From assembly GCA_963667175.2 (NCBI GenBank), contig CAXXXF010000014.1:320001-384000 (forward strand): 64,000 nt of DNA. The letters are read 5' to 3'. The DNA comes from Candidatus Latescibacterota bacterium. GTDB taxonomy: Bacteria; Latescibacterota; UBA2968; GCA-2709665. This document shows, in pieces, positions 59,550-64,000 of this stretch (position 1 is the first letter of the stretch; the number at the start of each line of letters is the position of its first letter). A program made the translations under genes and the position numbers. The notes beneath the pieces are model-generated. The model was not told where the DNA came from. It made no database searches and saw nothing but the letters and a program-made list of their open reading frames with translations.

Positions 59550-61167
59550 CGAAAACAGTTGTCATGCCCCTTTGGGGCACCCATAATGATGAAAATGGTT
59601 GCGTCAACAGACTTGTGTGGTAGGTTGTTGGCCACCATAACCCTTGGCTGGTCGAAGGTCGTTTTGTAGATGGTGCTATGAGCCTGAAAAACAGTTGGAC
59701 CTGGGTATCTGGAGGTATCCATTATTGTCGCCCCCTGTAAAGGGAGAGCCCGCCAAGTAGACTCTTATCCCAGCAGATACCCGACCAGCCGGATCAGACA
59801 CAGGAGGCCTGCGATGCATGTCATCTACCCTTGTTGCGCTGGTTTGGATGTCCACAAAAAGACGGTCGTTGCCTGCCGGATGAAGGCCGAAGGGTCAAAG
59901 CCGAGCCGGCGAGAGGTAAAGACCTTCTCCACAATGACCCGGCAGTTGCTGGCGTTGAGCGATTGGCTTTCTCAGTGGGGCTGCACCCACGTGGCGATGG
60001 AAAGCACCGGCGAGTATTGGAAGCCCATCTTCAACGTGCTGGAAGCCAACTTTGAAGTCTTGCTGGTCAATGCGCAGCACGTCAAACAGGTGCCAGGACG
60101 CAAGACCGATGTCCGGGATGCTGAGTGGCTGGCCGGGCTGCTGCAACACGGCTTGCTCAAAGCGAGCTTTATCCCCCCTGCCCTCCAGCGGGATTTGCGT
60201 GATCTGACGCGGTATCGCACCACATTGGTGCAGGAGCGCACCCGGGTGATCAATCGGGTGCAGAAGGCTTTGGAGGGCGCCAACATCAAGCTGTCCAGTG
60301 TGGCCAGCGATACGCTGGGCGTGTCGGGTCGGGCCATACTAAAAGGGCTCATCCAAGGCCAGGAAGATCCAGCAGCGTTAGCGGAGTTGGCCAAGGGCCG
60401 CTTGCGCAACAAGAAGGCCGACCTGGAGCAGGCGCTGACCGGCTTTTTCCGACCCCACCATCGCTTTTTGTTGAGCCACTTGCTGGCGCATCTGGACTTT
60501 CTGGAAACACAACTTTCTCAGCTGTCCGACCAGATCGCTCAACACATTGAGGCGATGGGTGTGCCCCCAAAAGACCCGCAGCCTCCTTCGGGCGGTTCGT
60601 CCAAGCCTGCGCAAGCTTCTGGGCTCCTTCCCAATCAGGCCATGGCCTTGTGGGATACGATTCCTGGCGTCAACCAGACCGTGGCCGAGGTTATGGTGGC
60701 CGAAATGGGCGTGGATATGGGCCGCTTCCCCACCCACCGGCATCTGGCCTCCTGGGTCGGCTTAGCGCCGGGAAACCATGAAAGCGCAGGGAAACGTCAA
60801 TCGGGGCGCACCACCAAAGGCAATCCTGCGTTGCGTCTTGCCCTCGTCCAAGCGGCCTGGGCGGCCTCGCGCACCAAAGACACTTATCTGTCCGCTCTCT
60901 ATCGTCGGTTGGCCGCACGACGGGGCAAGAAACGCGCCTTGGTGGCAGTGGCTCATTCCATTCTCACAGCCGCCTATCATATGGCCTGTCACACACAACC
61001 CTATCAAGATCCGGGCAGCAACTATTTCGATCAGCGCAAGAAACACGACGTTGTCTCTCGGCTCTCCCATCGCCTGGAAAAGTTGGGGTACAACGTTGCG
61101 CTTACGCTACAAGCTGCTTAAATAAAAGAAAAACAACAGGATTCTTCGAAATCTGAAAGGTTATTTT
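59550..61167 (+). mobile_element. IS110-family insertion sequence (ends approximate)
   Basis: Intact transposase, about 260-bp structured left non-coding end, GAAAA/TTTTC at the ends, no clear target duplication; interrupts the TPR gene. Confidence 0.85.
59814..61121 (+). CDS. IS110 DEDD transposase/recombinase
   Basis: GLDVHK, VAMESTG, KTDVRDA, IPGV, WVGLAPG.HESAGK; AGGAGG RBS. Confidence 0.96.
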   Translation: MHVIYPCCAGLDVHKKTVVACRMKAEGSKPSRREVKTFSTMTRQLLALSDWLSQWGCTHVAMESTGEYWKPIFNVLEANFEVLLVNAQHVKQVPGRKTDVRDAEWLAGLLQHGLLKASFIPPALQRDLRDLTRYRTTLVQERTRVINRVQKALEGANIKLSSVASDTLGVSGRAILKGLIQGQEDPAALAELAKGRLRNKKADLEQALTGFFRPHHRFLLSHLLAHLDFLETQLSQLSDQIAQHIEAMGVPPKDPQPPSGGSSKPAQASGLLPNQAMALWDTIPGVNQTVAEVMVAEMGVDMGRFPTHRHLASWVGLAPGNHESAGKRQSGRTTKGNPALRLALVQAAWAASRTKDTYLSALYRRLAARRGKKRALVAVAHSILTAAYHMACHTQPYQDPGSNYFDQRKKHDVVSRLSHRLEKLGYNVALTLQAA

Positions 61168-61412
61168 CTAAGTAGAACAAAGGCGACTGACGCAATCAAT
61201 AAAACGCCCCACCAACTCATCTCCCACGTGGGCCAACGGATAATCAACAGCCCCGTCGAACAAAGCACAAAAGCCGCAATCCCAAATTCGCCCTCAAACA
61301 ACAAAAAGTCTAAACCCCAAAGTTTGCACGACGGCCACACTGCGGGGACTAAATGAAGAAACAAGAATATAGCAATAGGAATATGACGTATCATCACGGG
61401 ATGGAAAATCAC
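61168..61412 (-). pseudogene. 5' portion of the TPR membrane gene split by IS110
   Basis: Hydrophobic N-terminus ending FVLLR, which can be rejoined in frame to SERHFLGDGY at 59549. Confidence 0.7.
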
Positions 61413-61448
61413 GGATAGGATAAGGCCACAGCTGCCGCGCTACCCTAT

Positions 61449-63000
61449 CAGTCCGTTGAAAAAACGGGATTTCAGCGAAGAATCGTGGAAAAGAGGGTAG
61501 GGTATGTTTGATGTGTGTTGCGTGTCGGCAATGGGCACTAAGTTTTCAAATAGGGAAAGAATGCGGAAAGACGCCGTGAAATTGTTTTACGGGCCTCGAG
61601 AGCGCGTTTGAGGCGATGAACAAAGGTGCCGAATGCCGATAGCAACCCATGCAACGCCCTCGGGGTGCCCTTGCCGGTGATCTGTCGCATCACGAGGGAG
61701 AGATTGAAAGCGCCGCCGTGTATACACAGCCGTTTGTAGATGTTGGTGTGGCCGCGCAGGTGCGTGCGACGCATCCCCCCGGTTTCATAGGTGTGCGCAA
61801 AACTGCGTTCTGCCACCTCGGCGCGCTGCCGCTGCAGGGCGCGCCCACGGACGCCTCGTATGCGCCGGCGATTTGCATACACCGCCATCTTGGCCGCCGC
61901 ATCCTTTTTCCAGTTTCGCCGTCCGCGATCCGGTTCCGAGACGTAGCTGCGGATCTTTGCCGTCTTCAAGGTCTTCATGGTGTGATTGCTGTGATATCCC
62001 TTATCCGCCACCACTTCGCGAAGTGCCGTCTTGTCATCGATGTCCCCGACCGCTTGCAGATTCCGGTCGGCTTGGTCCAAACTCCCGCCCAGCGACTCGG
62101 TGTCCCCTTTATCGGCGCCACATACCGTTATGGCCACCAGCGCCTGAGTGTCCAGATCGACCGTATGCTCGGCCTTGTGAGCCAAATGCGTGCGTCCGTC
62201 CTTCATCTTGGTAACGCGGGCATCCGCATCATGGGGATGTTCCCAGTCCTTGTTGGAAGCCTTATTCGTGCGCTTCTTGTCGAGCCGGGCCAGGTCCTGC
62301 TTCGTCGGGGTTGGGATGCCTTCGGCCCGGGCCAGCCCTTCCAGATACTCGTGGTAGGCTTTGCCCGTGTCCCGCCGCACGATGCTTTTCATCGCCGCGT
62401 TGGCTTCCAGCGTGGTGGCGTCCACCGCCACCGTCTTGCCCTTGAGCAGGTCGTGGCCGACCAACACCTTCAGCACAAACGTGAAGACCGCTTCGTGCAC
62501 CTCCACCGGCAAGCGCTGCCTTATGCGCGACAGACTCGAGTGATCCGGCGGCGATTCGCTCAAGGGAATACCCAGAAAGCGGCGCAGACAAAGCGAATCG
62601 GCAACACGCCAGGCGATGCCCCGCTCCGAGCTCAAACCCTCGAAATAGCCGATCATCAGCATGCGGAAATACACCCCGGGAGCGATACTGGGACGCCCCA
62701 ACGTCTCCGCGTAATACGGCGCGCACTGCCCTTCCACAAAGGGATCGAAACCACCCTCGGACAGCAGCCTGTTCAGGCGCGTGTAAAACGGATGCCCAGG
62801 ACCCTCGGACAGCGTGCTGGAAGGCACCCACATTTCCTCCTGATGACTTTCTTGACGCCTGCTCATCGACATCACCGACCTCCTTCAACACTCGACTTCT
62901 CTGCTTACTGCACGTTTCCTCTATCTTACCAACAAACACATGACACAAACAATACTTTTTTGACCATGACTTCGAAAATTCATACTTTTTCAACAGGCTG
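61449..63000 (-). mobile_element. IS1182-family insertion sequence
   Basis: Terminal IRs CAGTCCGTTGAAAAA and CAGCCTGTTGAAAAA; 4-bp target duplication CTAT (61445-61448, 63001-63004). Confidence 0.9.
61538..62872 (-). CDS. IS1182-family DDE transposase
   Basis: GRPSIAP, SSERGI, PDHSSLSR, AVDATTLEANA, VADKGYHS, AERSFA; AAGGAGGT RBS. Confidence 0.92.
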   Translation of the reverse strand: MSMSRRQESHQEEMWVPSSTLSEGPGHPFYTRLNRLLSEGGFDPFVEGQCAPYYAETLGRPSIAPGVYFRMLMIGYFEGLSSERGIAWRVADSLCLRRFLGIPLSESPPDHSSLSRIRQRLPVEVHEAVFTFVLKVLVGHDLLKGKTVAVDATTLEANAAMKSIVRRDTGKAYHEYLEGLARAEGIPTPTKQDLARLDKKRTNKASNKDWEHPHDADARVTKMKDGRTHLAHKAEHTVDLDTQALVAITVCGADKGDTESLGGSLDQADRNLQAVGDIDDKTALREVVADKGYHSNHTMKTLKTAKIRSYVSEPDRGRRNWKKDAAAKMAVYANRRRIRGVRGRALQRQRAEVAERSFAHTYETGGMRRTHLRGHTNIYKRLCIHGGAFNLSLVMRQITGKGTPRALHGLLSAFGTFVHRLKRALEARKTISRRLSAFFPYLKT

Positions 63001-63389
63001 CTATGTGCCGATATAGGGTGAGGCAACTCCACCTCCGAGTTTAGCGTCGCACATTGGGCGGAGAGGAGCACAAGAGATGAGGTCAATAACCGACGTTGTA
63101 GGCAATGGCACAGAGCGGTCTTTGGTTGTGGAAGGCCCGCGAGGGACCTCCAATATTCGGAGGCAAGATCCGGAAGTGACGGTGCGTGCGAAGCGTCGTC
63201 GTCTGAACTTTCACCCTTCTTAGGTGTGGCCGCGTTCCGATCGCCGATCCGCACCTGGTAAACAATGACCGCGAACCTGGACCACCGATCATTGTCGTAA
63301 GCAAATTCCGTCCACGCCAGAATGCTGGGCCGCCGGGTCCCTCCCGCGATGGAGACGGCTATACCGTCCGCCGACCTGCGCCTTGCGCA

Positions 63390-63941
63390 TCAACCGGATT
63401 GATGACCGACAGCCTCGTCCACCAGCGGGGCCAGATCTTTCCACGCCTCAAGGACTGTCTCCACGAGGTGGTTGCGGTACACCTTGAGGTTGTCACCTTC
63501 CCAAAACCTGCCAGATGGAGCATCCACGTCCTTGAAGGCCGGCCACCATATCGAGGAACGTGGATATGAAGGACGCGCCGCACGGGTAAAGGGCGCCCTA
63601 TAGCGCTCATCATTCGTCCTGACTCCACAGATCAACCAACCGTCCGCAGAAAAACGCGCGGACTTGCTGTTCCATTCAAGTCTCACATCCGGGGCTCCAC
63701 CACCCTCAGGCCAATCTTGCCGGCGCAAACCGAGCCCCGGCCAGGCTCCGTCAGAGAAAAACGACTCGACACCGCTTTCGGCGATCCGGCAGCACCTGAC
63801 AGCCGCTTCAAGATCGTCCTTGAGGCTGCGGTAGAAGCCATCCACGAACTTGCAGACTTCGACTTCCAGGCGTGCCCACTCCCTGATCATTGTTTCGTGC
63901 TCGAGATAGAACTTGATCTGTTCGTTTTCGATCCGGTTCAT
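63390..63941 (-). CDS. Hypothetical protein
   Basis: 183-aa ORF with AAGGAG RBS and ATGA overlap with the upstream gene. Confidence 0.7.
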   Translation of the reverse strand: MNRIENEQIKFYLEHETMIREWARLEVEVCKFVDGFYRSLKDDLEAAVRCCRIAESGVESFFSDGAWPGLGLRRQDWPEGGGAPDVRLEWNSKSARFSADGWLICGVRTNDERYRAPFTRAARPSYPRSSIWWPAFKDVDAPSGRFWEGDNLKVYRNHLVETVLEAWKDLAPLVDEAVGHQSG

Positions 63942-64000
63942 CCAAATTGCTCCTTGAGTGTAAGCAGGTAGTTCCTGACGACATCGTCCGCCGCAGGGCG
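63938..64000 (-). CDS. 3' end of an upstream gene truncated by the window edge
   Basis: Open frame ...ADDVVRNYLLTLKEQFG* overlapping the next start. Confidence 0.45.
   Translation of the reverse strand, partial: RPAADDVVRNYLLTLKEQFG

Overview
High-GC bacterial chromosomal window. Its gene mix (several PhyH dioxygenases, Gfo/Idh/MocA oxidoreductases, PQQ-type beta-propellers, polysaccharide lyases) resembles Latescibacterota/Poribacteria/Planctomycetota-type organisms; this host guess is inference only. There are four blocks. (1) 0.4-10.2 kb: a defence-like island with hsdR, an AAA-ATPase/PD-(D/E)XK fusion, two near-identical orphan MNT antitoxins, a PD-(D/E)XK protein and a GIY-YIG-like protein, punctuated by nested palindromic repeats. 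(2) 10.3-18.8 kb: catabolic genes and a PIN-type toxin-antitoxin pair. (3) 18.8-48.3 kb: a long minus-strand run whose core (18.8-42.0 kb) looks like an uncharacterised biosynthetic/transport system. It encodes an EhpF/LuxE-like adenylating enzyme, a LuxC/EhpG-like acyl reductase, an Fe-alcohol dehydrogenase, a HemN-like radical SAM enzyme, a flavin-dependent halogenase-like protein, an aryl-CoA ligase, a thioesterase, a GT4, a LolCDE/FtsX-type ABC system, a TonB receptor, a TAXI-TRAP transporter and three secreted beta-propellers. Upstream lie a larA homologue, a lyase-like gene and two oxidoreductases. (4) 48.8-64 kb: glycosyltransferases and a heparinase II/III-like gene, then a lower-GC accessory region with a Ser1 proteasome-like Ntn hydrolase, an IS21 remnant, an IS110 splitting a TPR membrane gene, and an IS1182 with a 4-bp target duplication. 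No rRNA, tRNA or CRISPR array was seen. All product calls come from motif recognition by eye; no database searches were run.
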